Shown here: positions 37,609 through 47,429 of the stretch, one piece after another | Numbering within the stretch: position 1 is the first letter of the stretch | Layout of the letters: each line of letters starts with the position of its first letter | From: Bradymonadia bacterium | GTDB taxonomy: Bacteria; Myxococcota_A; Bradymonadia; UBA7976; UBA1532 | Length of the DNA stretch: 64,000 nt | Direction: 5' to 3' | Assembly (NCBI GenBank): GCA_046290225.1 | Contig: JBKAGE010000040.1 | Location: forward strand, 1-64,000 | Notes under the pieces: model-generated | Database searches by the model: none | Told to the model about the DNA's origin: nothing | Seen by the model: the letters and a program-made list of their open reading frames with translations, nothing else | Program-made: the position numbers and the translations under genes

Positions 37609-38253
37609 TTATTTGATGGCCTGCACGATGTACTGACCGCTGCGGCGCTCGCCGCCTCCTCGGGTGAGGGTCTGCACGTCGATCATCACCTGAGAGAACG
37701 GCGCGAAAACCTCTCGCACCTGCTCTTCGGTGAGATAGCTGGTGAAGAAGCCCGAGTTGCCCTCTTTGATGATCATCGAGAAGAAGCCGCCACCGGGCTT
37801 GAGCACCCGGTGCACCTCTTTCATGGTGAGGGCGATGTCTTCCACGGAGTTGTTCTGGATCGCGCTCTTGTCGATGGCGAAGTCGAACTGACCATCTTCG
37901 AAGGGCAATGCCTTGAAGTGCCCACAGACGGCCTGCTCGGTGATGTCGGCTTTGATGTGATCGACAGCGGTCTGGGAGAAGTCGATTCCCCAGGCGTCGA
38001 AGCCCCGCTCTTTGAGGAACTTGAGGTTGTTCCCCCACCCACAACCGAGGTCGACGCAGCTCAGCTTCCGGCCATCGACCACGGGTTGCCGGTAGTTGCG
38101 CATCACGTACCCGATGACCAGCTCGGTGGGGTACTGGTTCTTGTGGGCCCCGGTCTCGCTGGCGTAGGTGGTCTCCCACTCCTGCTGGTTGTGGGGGCGG
38201 GCATCGGTGACGGTGACGGTGCCCTGGGGGCCCGATGGCTCGGTGTACAGCAT
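37609..38253 (-). CDS. Class I SAM-dependent methyltransferase
   Basis: VDLGCGWG, GIDFS, LPFEDGQFD, RVLKPGG; SD GGAG before ATG 38253. Confidence 0.9.
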   Translation of the reverse strand: MLYTEPSGPQGTVTVTDARPHNQQEWETTYASETGAHKNQYPTELVIGYVMRNYRQPVVDGRKLSCVDLGCGWGNNLKFLKERGFDAWGIDFSQTAVDHIKADITEQAVCGHFKALPFEDGQFDFAIDKSAIQNNSVEDIALTMKEVHRVLKPGGGFFSMIIKEGNSGFFTSYLTEEQVREVFAPFSQVMIDVQTLTRGGGERRSGQYIVQAIK

Positions 38254-38257
38254 GTCT

Positions 38258-39625
38258 TCAGCGCTCCTGTTCGAGGCGTGCGTCGGGGGTTTTGGGTTCG
38301 AGAAGGTTCGGGCTGAGCAGTTCACACCGAATGAGGGCATCGCGCTCGGCCACGAGATCCATGACGGTGATGCCAAGACCGTGGGCGATGGTGACGAGAT
38401 CGTGCTCGCCATCGCCATAGCCCAACAAAGCCTTCACGGTGTTCACCTGTTGAGTGGCCAGGGGGCCAGAAAGCGTCGGATAAAGCCCCCGACGGCCGAG
38501 CTGGGGCTCACACCAGGGGTACAGATTGCGATGCACCCCGTTCTCTTCGATCGTGTCGACGAGATCGAGCACGGCACAGACCGTCTCAGCCATGCGATCG
38601 AGATCGATGATGTCGAGGGTGTCGAGGCTGGTGTGATACTCGGCGTAATTGCCGCCGATGGCCCGGCCGAGGAAGCCCATGGGCAGGTTGATGCCGATGC
38701 TGCTGTACTGCCGCATGTCGGCGCCGCCGAGGGGGTCCCAGGGCAGGATCACCCGGTCGCGCTCGGTGATCTCGAGCAGCTCGGGCATGATCCGATTGGT
38801 GAGGCTCTGCGGGTCACGCCCGAGCTTGTAGTGCAGCGGGGCGTCGATGCCCACCATCGACAGCACGAGCCCACCGACGACTTTCTGCTTCAACGCCTCG
38901 TGATGCCGACTCAAGAACGCGATGCTGCCGATGGTCTCCGGGGCGTAGAGGAACCGCACCCCGTACTTGCGCCGAGGCTGCGCGGCGAGGGCCTGATAGA
39001 GCGCCGTCAGGGCCACAGGGCCCGAGAGCTCGTTGTTGGCCATCGACGGGTGGCACAGGTAGCTCGTGAAGAGCAGCTCCTCGTTTGTCTCTCCGGGCAG
39101 GAAGGCCTCTGCGAGGGTGAGATGCCCATCTTCGAGGGTGCTGTCGATCACCACCCGATATTGAGGCTCGGTCAGCTCGGTGAGGCGCCGATGCTCCAGG
39201 CAGAACCCCCACCGCTCCTTGTAGTAGCTGGTACGGTAGGGGATGGCGTCAGGCTGGTTGGGCAACGTGTAGATGTGCTTCATCAGCGTGGGCAGATCGA
39301 CGATCTCGTCCACGGGCACGCTGTATCCGAGCACGTGCAGATTGTTCTGCTGAAAGTCGATGACCCGACGGCCGTCCAGCGTGGCCACATAGGCATCTCT
39401 GATCTGCCACTCCCGCGGGATCTCCCAGTCGAAGCAGGGCGTGCCTGTGGGCAGCTCGGTCCGCTTGAGATCGACATAGCGTTCGATGATGTCGAGGCTC
39501 TGGCGCACACCGGGGCCGGTGATGCTCCTGCAGATGGGCCAGAGCTGCTCGAAGAGGCCCCGCATCTCCTCGGGGCCCATGAACTGGTGGTGGCGATGGG
39601 TGGTGCCGGTGGGTGTGACCTTCAT
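38258..39625 (-). CDS. DUF4910 family protein (M28-like, DUF2172 and winged HTH)
   Basis: PICRSITGPGVR, NNLHVLGYS, PDAIPYRTSYY, YLCHPSMANNELSGP, PETIGSI, YHTSLD, EPQLGRRGLY. Confidence 0.9.
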   Translation of the reverse strand: MKVTPTGTTHRHHQFMGPEEMRGLFEQLWPICRSITGPGVRQSLDIIERYVDLKRTELPTGTPCFDWEIPREWQIRDAYVATLDGRRVIDFQQNNLHVLGYSVPVDEIVDLPTLMKHIYTLPNQPDAIPYRTSYYKERWGFCLEHRRLTELTEPQYRVVIDSTLEDGHLTLAEAFLPGETNEELLFTSYLCHPSMANNELSGPVALTALYQALAAQPRRKYGVRFLYAPETIGSIAFLSRHHEALKQKVVGGLVLSMVGIDAPLHYKLGRDPQSLTNRIMPELLEITERDRVILPWDPLGGADMRQYSSIGINLPMGFLGRAIGGNYAEYHTSLDTLDIIDLDRMAETVCAVLDLVDTIEENGVHRNLYPWCEPQLGRRGLYPTLSGPLATQQVNTVKALLGYGDGEHDLVTIAHGLGITVMDLVAERDALIRCELLSPNLLEPKTPDARLEQER

Positions 39626-39852
39626 GCGGGGGCGCTCGCCTCGTCGTCGACCAGGGCAGTGATGGCCCTGAAGGTGGAATACTTCAGCATGCTCTCTTCA
39701 GTGAATGGCACCTGATGGGCGGCGTTGAGCCAAGCCATGATCTCTACGTGGGCCTGGCTGTCCCACCTCGGGTGATTGAGCATGCTGTCTTCGGCGCTCA
39801 GGCTCTCGGCGGCCACGCCCAGGATCTGGGCGACGGTCTCTCGTGCGCTCAC
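39622..39852 (-). CDS. Acyl/aminoacyl carrier protein
   Basis: 76 aa, WDS phosphopantetheine motif (PRWDSQAH), translationally coupled on both sides. Confidence 0.85.
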   Translation of the reverse strand: MSARETVAQILGVAAESLSAEDSMLNHPRWDSQAHVEIMAWLNAAHQVPFTEESMLKYSTFRAITALVDDEASAPA

Positions 39853-41309
39853 GAAGCGGCCTCCGCCTCGGCGATGGCGCTCAGCTGCCCGTCGTCGATC
39901 TTGTCATTGGCGTTGCGGGGCAGGGCCTCGATGGCCTCGATGCGTGCGGGCATGGCGTACTCTGGCAACGCCACGCGCAGCTGCTGACGCAAATCGTCCT
40001 CCGGGGCAGGCAGGGTGCCCTCGATGAAGCTCACGATCTGCCCGTCGCTGAGCACGCTGCGTACGGCGAGACAGCCGGCGGCTCGAAGGGCTGCGTCCAC
40101 CTCGCCGAGCTCCAGGCGGTGGCCCTTCACCTTCACTTGCCGATCGATGCGGTGCTGGTAGTAGATCGCGCCGTTGACGCGCTTCACCCAATCGCCGGTG
40201 TGATACCCGTCGGCCTGGAACGCCTGAGCGGTCCGCTCAACGTCTTCCCAATACCCTCTGGCCAGCTGCGGGCCGCTGATCACGAGCTCGCCTTCATCCG
40301 CGTCGGGGCCCCCGGTGATGCTCAACGACATGCCCGGCGTGGGCTCGCCGATGGCCATCGACGTGCGGGCGTGCTTCTTCCAGGTCTTGCGGGTCAGGCT
40401 CTGAGTGCTGCAGGAGATGGTGGCCTCAGTGGGGCCATAGGCGTTGATGACATCGAGATCGGGCCGGCACTCGAAGAGGGCCTTCACCTGCTCAGGTAGT
40501 AGTGCTTCGCCACAGAAATACATGGCCTGCAGGCTGCTCAGGTGCGTCTTGGTGGCGTGGTTGGCCTTGCGGATGAGATCGACCACCGAGGGCACGGACT
40601 CCCAGACGGTGATGCCCAGCGACTGGATCGCCAGGGCCGGCGCCATGCGGTCGAGCATGCCGGTGAGGGGCACCAGCGCCGCCCCGCTGCAGAGGCTGGC
40701 GTAGATGTCGAGCACGCTCATGTCGAAGCCGAGGTTGGGGTACTGGCTCATCCGGGCCCCAGGGCCCAGCGGCAGGCGGTTGATGGCCCACTGGATGAAA
40801 CCGTTGAGGCCCTCGCGGCCCACCATCACCCCCTTGGGCACTCCCGTGGAGCCAGAGGTGAACATGACATAGGCGAGATCGTGGGGGGCCTTGGGCGCGC
40901 CGAGGGGTACGCCCTGGGGATCGTCGGGGAACACCATGACCCCATCGGGCGGGCCCCCCATCTCTTCCAGGGCCCGGGCGCCGAGATCACCGCCGGTGAT
41001 GATGGCGTCGGGCTTGAACCGATCCATGATGAGGCGCCGCCGGGCGGTGGGGCCTTCGAGATCGAGGGGGGCGTAGTACCCACCCACCATGAGGGTGGCC
41101 AGCATGGCGCCATAGGCCCCAGGGCCCTTCGGCGCGCAGATGAGCACCTTGGGATGCTCACCAGCCCAGTGCAGCGCGCCGGCGATGGAGCGCACCCGCT
41201 TCGCCAACGCCCCGTAGGTCTCGTTGGGGCTGTTCCGCATGATGACCGCCACGTCGTTGGGACGCGCCTCGGCCACGGTGAAGAAACGCTCGACCAATTC
41301 GAAACTCAT
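39849..41309 (-). CDS. Stand-alone amino acid adenylation enzyme (DltA-like)
   Basis: YVMFTSGSTGVPKGV, FDMSV, FCGE, NAYGPTEAT, YHTGD, RIDRQVKVKGHRLELGE, LPRNANDKID. Confidence 0.9.
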   Translation of the reverse strand: MSFELVERFFTVAEARPNDVAVIMRNSPNETYGALAKRVRSIAGALHWAGEHPKVLICAPKGPGAYGAMLATLMVGGYYAPLDLEGPTARRRLIMDRFKPDAIITGGDLGARALEEMGGPPDGVMVFPDDPQGVPLGAPKAPHDLAYVMFTSGSTGVPKGVMVGREGLNGFIQWAINRLPLGPGARMSQYPNLGFDMSVLDIYASLCSGAALVPLTGMLDRMAPALAIQSLGITVWESVPSVVDLIRKANHATKTHLSSLQAMYFCGEALLPEQVKALFECRPDLDVINAYGPTEATISCSTQSLTRKTWKKHARTSMAIGEPTPGMSLSITGGPDADEGELVISGPQLARGYWEDVERTAQAFQADGYHTGDWVKRVNGAIYYQHRIDRQVKVKGHRLELGEVDAALRAAGCLAVRSVLSDGQIVSFIEGTLPAPEDDLRQQLRVALPEYAMPARIEAIEALPRNANDKIDDGQLSAIAEAEAAS

Positions 41310-42199
41310 GGATGCACCTTGTTGTCCGAGACGATGGGGTTGTCCGAGACGATGGGGTTGTCCGAGACGATGGGGTTGTCCGAGACGATGGGGTTGTCCG
41401 GGGCGATGGGAGTGACCAGGGCGTAGGGATCTTCTGTGAGCATTCGGAGGGCACAGTCGTGCAGGTCGGCGATGGCCACGGCGTAGCTCTGGCCATAGGG
41501 CGCAGCGACCTCGGTGAGCACCCCCGCTCGCCGCAGGGGCTCGGCGATGACGTCGAAGTTGGCCCGCCACTGTCTGCCCTGCGGATCATCCGCCCGGGCG
41601 TAGTACTTCAGGGTGACCTGCCGAGGCTCGCCGCTGTGATCCACCACAGTACGGGGCAGATCGAGCCACTGCCGGTACGGCACCTGTGCCAGGGCCTCCA
41701 TGTGATGCAGGTAGGTGCAGCCCCGGCGAAAGCCCACTCCCAACAACACCACGTGCATCTGTGCTGCATAGAGCCGCTCGAAGTCAGAGTCGGGCCCCAG
41801 TGAAACAGTGGGCGGCGTCGGCGTCATCAGCGCCTCTGCCCGAGGGCCCACGGCGACGTGGTTGTGTACGGGGCTCATGCTGCGCACGGCACTAGGCAGA
41901 GTGCGCACATACTCACTCAGAGCGCCGACACCTGTGCTCGGGCTGTGCACGACGTCGTAGGGCGCCTCGTGGGTGTTGAAGGTGTAGCTGGGCACCACCA
42001 CGGTGGCCTCGGGGCCCACCACGGCTCTCAGGGCCTGGTACACCATCTCGGGCCCGCTCTGGCCCTCTGAAACGCTCAGTCGCCCAAAGGCCATCAGGCT
42101 GCTGTGCACCACCACGTCGAGGCCTGCCCGCAGACCCAATGCCCGCAGATGTGCTTCCATCTGCGCGACGTCGGTGGTGTGTATGCTCGGTCTGCTCAT
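41306..42199 (-). CDS. AAC(3)/YokD family N-acyltransferase
   Basis: VVVHSSL, VVPSYTF, GALSE, SPVHN, LLGV, TYLHHMEALAQVPYR. Confidence 0.88.
   Translation of the reverse strand: MSRPSIHTTDVAQMEAHLRALGLRAGLDVVVHSSLMAFGRLSVSEGQSGPEMVYQALRAVVGPEATVVVPSYTFNTHEAPYDVVHSPSTGVGALSEYVRTLPSAVRSMSPVHNHVAVGPRAEALMTPTPPTVSLGPDSDFERLYAAQMHVVLLGVGFRRGCTYLHHMEALAQVPYRQWLDLPRTVVDHSGEPRQVTLKYYARADDPQGRQWRANFDVIAEPLRRAGVLTEVAAPYGQSYAVAIADLHDCALRMLTEDPYALVTPIAPDNPIVSDNPIVSDNPIVSDNPIVSDNKVHP
41321..41410. repeat. 18-bp tandem repeat GTTGTCCGAGACGATGGG (4 perfect plus 1 variant)
   Basis: Read directly; encodes (DNPIVS)n at the AAC(3) C-terminus. Confidence 0.95.
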
Positions 42200-42389
42200 C
42201 AGCGACACTTTCAGATTATGGGGCGGGCGTACCCCTGTGGGAACGTCCATCCGGTGGGTGAAGCTTGAGGGCATTTGCACTTCGAGGCCAGATCGCGCGC
42301 TGATCTCAAGCTCGCAGAGGTCAGCAGCCGATGGGCACACTCGGACCGCAATCCACCAGCGTCGAATCAGAGCCTCACAGGAGATCGCC

Positions 42390-43457
42390 GTGGCCGCCAT
42401 GGAAGCCCCAGCCCCCGCACCGCAGTTCTCGGTCAACGACATCCGCCCGGTGGAGCTGGAAGCCCGGAAGAAGATCTTGTCGAGACAAGATCGAGAGGCC
42501 CTCTGGGCGATGCGGCACACCTTCATCGACGTGCCCTGCCCGGCCTGCGGCAGCACCGAGCACTCTCTGGCCTTTCGCAAAGACGAGTTCCCCTACGTGC
42601 GCTGCCACGGCTGCGACACCCACTACATCACCCCCCGCCCGCCGGCAGACCTGCTCGCCCGCTGGTACGCCGAGAGCGAGAACAGCCGCTTCTGGAACAC
42701 CCACGTCTACCCCATGAGCGAGCCCGCCCGTCGCGCCCGCATCTTTGGCCCTCGGGTCACCCGCCTGCTGGAGATCTTCGAGCGCCAGGGGGTACACCCA
42801 GGCTGTCTCGTAGAGGTGGGCGGCGGCTTCGGCACCTTCGTCGACGAGGCCCACCGACGTGGGGTCTTCGATCGCGTGATCGCCATCGAGCCGGTGCCCG
42901 AGCTCGCGGAGAACATTCGCCGCCGCGGAGTGGAGGTCATCGAGGCCGGAGTGGAAGCCGTGGTGGACGAGTCGGGCGTGCGCCCAGATTACATCGACGC
43001 GCTGCCTGAGGGCCTCGTGGACATGGTGGCGAGCTTCGAGGTCATCGAGCACCTCTATGACCCGGCGAGCTTCATCCAGGCGTGCGGGCGCTTACTGCGC
43101 CCTGGCGGTCTGCTCACCCTCACCTGCCCCAACGCCGCCGGCTTCGACATGGCCACTCTCGGCGGCAAATCGGGCAGCTTCAATTGCTACCACCTGAACT
43201 GTTTCACCACCGACGCCCTGATTCACCTAGTGGAGCGCCTGGGCTTTGAGGTGGTGGAGGTGATGACCCCCGGCGCTCTGGACGCCGAGCTGGTACGGCA
43301 ACAGGCTCTGAGCGGCGACATCGACTTGTCAGGGCAGCCCTTCTTGCAGAAGGTGCTCGTGGACGACTGGGACACGCTCGGCGGCGCATTTCAGGACTTC
43401 CTGGCGCAGAACGGGATGTCGAGCCACCTGTGGCTGGTGGCCCGCCGGCCAGGGTGA
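42390..43457 (+). CDS. Class I SAM methyltransferase with N-terminal Zn ribbon
   Basis: CPAC...CHGC, VEVGGGFG, IEP, FEVIEHL, LRPGG, PN; SD GGAG before GTG 42390. Confidence 0.88.
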   Translation: MAAMEAPAPAPQFSVNDIRPVELEARKKILSRQDREALWAMRHTFIDVPCPACGSTEHSLAFRKDEFPYVRCHGCDTHYITPRPPADLLARWYAESENSRFWNTHVYPMSEPARRARIFGPRVTRLLEIFERQGVHPGCLVEVGGGFGTFVDEAHRRGVFDRVIAIEPVPELAENIRRRGVEVIEAGVEAVVDESGVRPDYIDALPEGLVDMVASFEVIEHLYDPASFIQACGRLLRPGGLLTLTCPNAAGFDMATLGGKSGSFNCYHLNCFTTDALIHLVERLGFEVVEVMTPGALDAELVRQQALSGDIDLSGQPFLQKVLVDDWDTLGGAFQDFLAQNGMSSHLWLVARRPG

Positions 43458-43638
43458 ACCCGAGCCCTTCAGGTACCTGCCAACAGAGCATCCCAAAGCC
43501 AATTGACTGTGTAACCTCCCCACCTGAAGCTGCCCTGCCTGACATGTGTCAACCAGGACTCGTACTCATTTTCCCCTCAGCACAATCGACCGTTTCAATA
43601 TATATATATTCCATAGGGGAACTGGTGAGGGTCTAACG

Positions 43639-45435
43639 GTGTCGAAGCATCGTACAGGCAAGTCTTCTCGACTCGGCCGTCTGCTGGCCTGGCGCTATCT
43701 CGTAGCGCTGTCTCTCATATTTTGCCTGTCTTGTTGCGGACTCTTCTACCTGCTCCAACACCTCAATCACGCATCGAGCGACGGACTCGTCATCAACCTG
43801 GCGGGTCAGCAGCGCATGCTCAACCAGCGGGTCGCGCTACAGACAACACGGCTACAGAGCGCCGAGTCCGACGAAGAGCGCGCTCTGGTCAAAACATCGC
43901 TGGCGCAAGACATTGCTCGGATGCGTGCAGCGCACAAGGCGCTGAAATACAACGAATCTGATGCCATGGCGGCATTGCTGATCAAACAATCCCAAACCAG
44001 CCATACGCCTCATCAACTCGAGGTCGATCTACATGCCTATACAGCCACTGCGGAGCGGGCGTTGGCAGGCGAGCCCATCGATCTCGGCGCACTCTTGAGC
44101 CAGAGCGCAGCTCTGCAACAACAGCTGCACTCAGCAGTGGCATCGAGAGAGCGGGCAGCCAAAGACAAGATCACCTACCTGACCCAAGTTGAGTGGTTGC
44201 TGTGGGGCTTGACCTGCCTGGTGCTGCTCGTGGAGTTGTGGCTCATCTTTCTGCCCAGCCTGCGCTCTGTCGAATCCACGCTGGCCACCGAAGAAGCCAT
44301 GCGAAAAGAGGCTGAGCTCGCACATCAGATCCAAGAGCGTTTCATCACGACGATGAGCCATGAGATCCGCACGCCGCTCAACGCCATCATCGGCTGCGCT
44401 CAGCTGATCCAGGAGCATGCGCTGCCCCACACAGTGACTGAACACATGCACGACCTGGACGGCGCCGCCCAGCACCTCCTCTCCCTCGTGGACAACATCC
44501 TCGACGCCCACAAACTGTCTGCGGGCTTGCTCGATCTGTCGCTGAACCCGACCCCTCTCGCTGAGTTGACACACGAGGTTCTGGCCATTTGCAGGCCCCT
44601 GGCGACACACGCTGGTCTCGAATTGTGCGTAGAGTCTGATCTACCAGGATCACATGTCGTCGACGTAGACGCCCATCGTGTACGGCAAATCTTGCTGAAC
44701 CTGATCGGCAACGCGATCAAGTTCACGCCGAGCGGCTCGATTACGCTGGGCATTCAGCGTGAGGCAGAGGGTGTGTCCTTCAGCGTGTCCGACACTGGCC
44801 CGGGGATCCCCGAGGCCCAACAACACAAGCTCTTCGAGCGCTTTCAGCAACTCTCCACTCACATCCACGGCACGGGCCTCGGGCTCTCGATCAGCAGAGA
44901 GCTGGCCACCCTGATGCAAGGCCGCCTGGAGTTGACCGGCAGCAGCGCGAAGGGATCGACCTTCACCCTCTGGCTGCCACTGACGCCTGTCCCTGCCCAA
45001 TCGAAGCTCTCCGCCGAGCCCACACCTCTGGAGGCACTTCTCGATGGCGCCCCTCTGGAGATCCTCGTCGCCGAGGACAACGCCATCAACCAGCGTATCA
45101 TCCAGCGGGCTCTGGAGGGCATTGGATGCCGAGTCACCGTCAAGGCAGACGGTCAACGCGCCCTCGATGCAGCCCGGGAGAATCGCTTCGACTTGATCGT
45201 CGTGGACAACCAGATGCCAATCCTGAACGGTGAGCAGACCATTCGTGCTCTGCGCGAGCTCCAAAACCAGCCCACCGATCCGGAGGTGCCCATCATCGTG
45301 CTGACAGCAGACGCTACGGCGACGACCAAAAACCGCACGTTGGCAGCGGGCGCGACGGCCTTCATGACCAAGCCCGTCTCCATCGCCACGCTTCGGGCTC
45401 AGGTACGGGCGCTGTGCGTCGCCGAGGCCGCCTGA
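43639..45435 (+). CDS. Hybrid sensor kinase with NarX/PilJ-like periplasmic domain
   Basis: [45 protein letters not shown]-terminal REC (AEDN, VDNQMP, KP). Confidence 0.9.
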   Translation: MSKHRTGKSSRLGRLLAWRYLVALSLIFCLSCCGLFYLLQHLNHASSDGLVINLAGQQRMLNQRVALQTTRLQSAESDEERALVKTSLAQDIARMRAAHKALKYNESDAMAALLIKQSQTSHTPHQLEVDLHAYTATAERALAGEPIDLGALLSQSAALQQQLHSAVASRERAAKDKITYLTQVEWLLWGLTCLVLLVELWLIFLPSLRSVESTLATEEAMRKEAELAHQIQERFITTMSHEIRTPLNAIIGCAQLIQEHALPHTVTEHMHDLDGAAQHLLSLVDNILDAHKLSAGLLDLSLNPTPLAELTHEVLAICRPLATHAGLELCVESDLPGSHVVDVDAHRVRQILLNLIGNAIKFTPSGSITLGIQREAEGVSFSVSDTGPGIPEAQQHKLFERFQQLSTHIHGTGLGLSISRELATLMQGRLELTGSSAKGSTFTLWLPLTPVPAQSKLSAEPTPLEALLDGAPLEILVAEDNAINQRIIQRALEGIGCRVTVKADGQRALDAARENRFDLIVVDNQMPILNGEQTIRALRELQNQPTDPEVPIIVLTADATATTKNRTLAAGATAFMTKPVSIATLRAQVRALCVAEAA

Positions 45436-46490
45436 ATCTGCTCGATGAGCTGTGTCGCTTCACCCTGATGGTGGGCCAGCATGACCTCGCTGATCTGGCT
45501 GGCGTGCCGACACGACATGGCCTTTTGCACCACGGAGAGCGCCGTGGGCAAATCCGCCGGCTCACCACGTAGATAGAGCGCCTTCCCCAAACTGAAGAGC
45601 AGGTCGGGGTGTTCGGGGGAGATCTCCAGGGTGCGCTGTAACAGCGCGATGGCCTGAGGCAGTCGACCACGATCAGCGCCGAAGGCCTTGAGCAGTGTGT
45701 AGACTGCCTCGACCACGGGGCCCTTTCTACGATCGAGCAACTGCTCCACCGAAGGACTCAACACCGTGATGGCTTCAGTGAAGCGCTGGAGCTTCACGTA
45801 CTCGCGGCCCAAGTAGAAACCCAACACAGGATCCCCAGGGTGCTCGGCCAGATCGAGCGTGAGCAGCTTCAACGCCCGCTCGCTCTTGCGGCGATCCCGG
45901 TACACCTGCGGATCATAACCAGTGTGTACGATCTGCAACCCGTCGAGGCGGATCGTGCGCCCACCCTCAATGCTCGGGCGCTCGTGGATACGGCCGGTGT
46001 ATTTCAACGTGGGATGTCGGGCAAAGAGCCGCGGGGCATGGAAACTGGAGATCGCCTGACCATCGCGCTGTTGATTGAGGATGCGCAGCAAGTAAGTGTC
46101 GGTGGTCTTGCGCTGAGGTTGTTGCAGATACCCCCTCAGCTGTGAAGGGTTGGGCACCTCGAGACATTCGTCGGCGTCGAGCACGAGGATCCAGCGGCCC
46201 GTGCAATGCTTCAGCGCTCGATTGCGCGCCGCAGAAAAGTCATCGGACCAGGGCTGACGTACCACCTGGGCGCCGAAGCCCTCGGCGATCTGCACCGTGT
46301 CGTCGGTGCTGCCCGTGTCGACGACGACGATCTCGTCCACCACCCCCTGCACACTTTGCAATGCAGCAGGCAGCGTCTCCGCTTCGTCGCGGACGATCAT
46401 CGCCAGAGATACGAGTGGACCCATGGCAGCGCCGGCACGTGTGTGGGGGGAGCGTCGCGCGCTCTTGCGCGGTTTGATGCGTCTGACCAT
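45399..46490 (-). CDS. GT2 glycosyltransferase with TPR repeats
   Basis: [40 protein letters not shown]-like C-terminus; start 46490 or 46424. Confidence 0.9.
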   Translation of the reverse strand: MVRRIKPRKSARRSPHTRAGAAMGPLVSLAMIVRDEAETLPAALQSVQGVVDEIVVVDTGSTDDTVQIAEGFGAQVVRQPWSDDFSAARNRALKHCTGRWILVLDADECLEVPNPSQLRGYLQQPQRKTTDTYLLRILNQQRDGQAISSFHAPRLFARHPTLKYTGRIHERPSIEGGRTIRLDGLQIVHTGYDPQVYRDRRKSERALKLLTLDLAEHPGDPVLGFYLGREYVKLQRFTEAITVLSPSVEQLLDRRKGPVVEAVYTLLKAFGADRGRLPQAIALLQRTLEISPEHPDLLFSLGKALYLRGEPADLPTALSVVQKAMSCRHASQISEVMLAHHQGEATQLIEQIQAASATHSART

Positions 46491-46527
46491 GCCCAGATTA
46501 CGGGTAGAGATGCCGCGGCCCTTGAGG

Positions 46528-47364
46528 CTATCGAGACGGGCCTTCTCGCCGAAGCTCCACCTTCACGGGCCGCCCTCGGCGCATCACCGTGAGCACCACC
46601 CGCTCGGCGGTTTTGTGATCTTCGAGGGCGGTGAGGGCTGCGGTGAGCGAGGTCAAGGGTTGATCACCCACCTGATGCAGCACATCTCCGCTCTGCAGGC
46701 CGATCTTCCGGGCGATGCTCCTCGGCCGGGCGCTCAAGCGAAAGCCCTCGAGGCCTTCCGCGCCCTGTACGGGCCGCATACGCACGCCGAGCAGGTTGGG
46801 GTCCGCCATCCACGCCTCCACAGCATCTCCGGGCACACCCCAGACACCAGGGGCGATGGCTCGAGGGGTCACGGCGCTCAACCGACGACGGACAGGACGC
46901 CTCGACACACGCGGGGCCTGAGGCCTTGACGGTGGGGGTGCGGCCTGAAGGCGCTCGCCCTTGGACACGCAGACCCGCTCTCCATTGGGCCGCTTCACCG
47001 TGAGGCCCGAAACGCTGATCTCTTCCACCACCCCTCGAGACAGCGGGCTGCCAGGGCTCACCATCCACGGCAGCATCCATCGTGTGTCGTACACCATGGC
47101 CATGCCTCCGCCAGTGCTCGATGTGGCGAGGCTGGTGAGCATGACGAGGTGAGAGGGCGCCTCGAGACACCCACCATCAGGTGCATGTGTCTGAGAACGC
47201 TCGACCTTCTCGACAGGGGATGGTGACTCGGCCCTCGTCGGTGTCACTGTGCTCGGCGAGGGCCCGCTCGCAGGCGCTCCCGAGTCACCTCGGGCCCAGA
47301 GCCATGTGCCCACGGCGATCACGACGCCGCCGGTGAGGATCGAAATGAAATGTGATGTGCGCAT
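46528..47364 (-). CDS. GspC-like membrane protein with C-terminal PDZ domain
   Basis: N-terminal TM, HR-like segment, GFRL...IGLQSGDVLHQVGD...VMRRGRP PDZ. Confidence 0.65.
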   Translation of the reverse strand: MRTSHFISILTGGVVIAVGTWLWARGDSGAPASGPSPSTVTPTRAESPSPVEKVERSQTHAPDGGCLEAPSHLVMLTSLATSSTGGGMAMVYDTRWMLPWMVSPGSPLSRGVVEEISVSGLTVKRPNGERVCVSKGERLQAAPPPSRPQAPRVSRRPVRRRLSAVTPRAIAPGVWGVPGDAVEAWMADPNLLGVRMRPVQGAEGLEGFRLSARPRSIARKIGLQSGDVLHQVGDQPLTSLTAALTALEDHKTAERVVLTVMRRGRPVKVELRREGPSR

Positions 47365-47429
47365 GCCCAGGTGAACCCTGAGGACAGGGGTTTTATGCCT
47401 CGGAGAATGCACACATGCGGGAAACCCCG

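Noticed and set aside
39622..41309. dlt operon or NRPS
   Set aside because: No DltB/DltD, condensation or thioesterase domains nearby
41306..42199. Aminoglycoside resistance gene
   Set aside because: AAC(3) fold, but embedded in a biosynthetic adenylase/ACP operon with no mobile context
43510..43535. Third TGTAAC promoter candidate upstream of the hybrid kinase (another on the minus strand near 10010)
   Set aside because: No CGT at the N16 position
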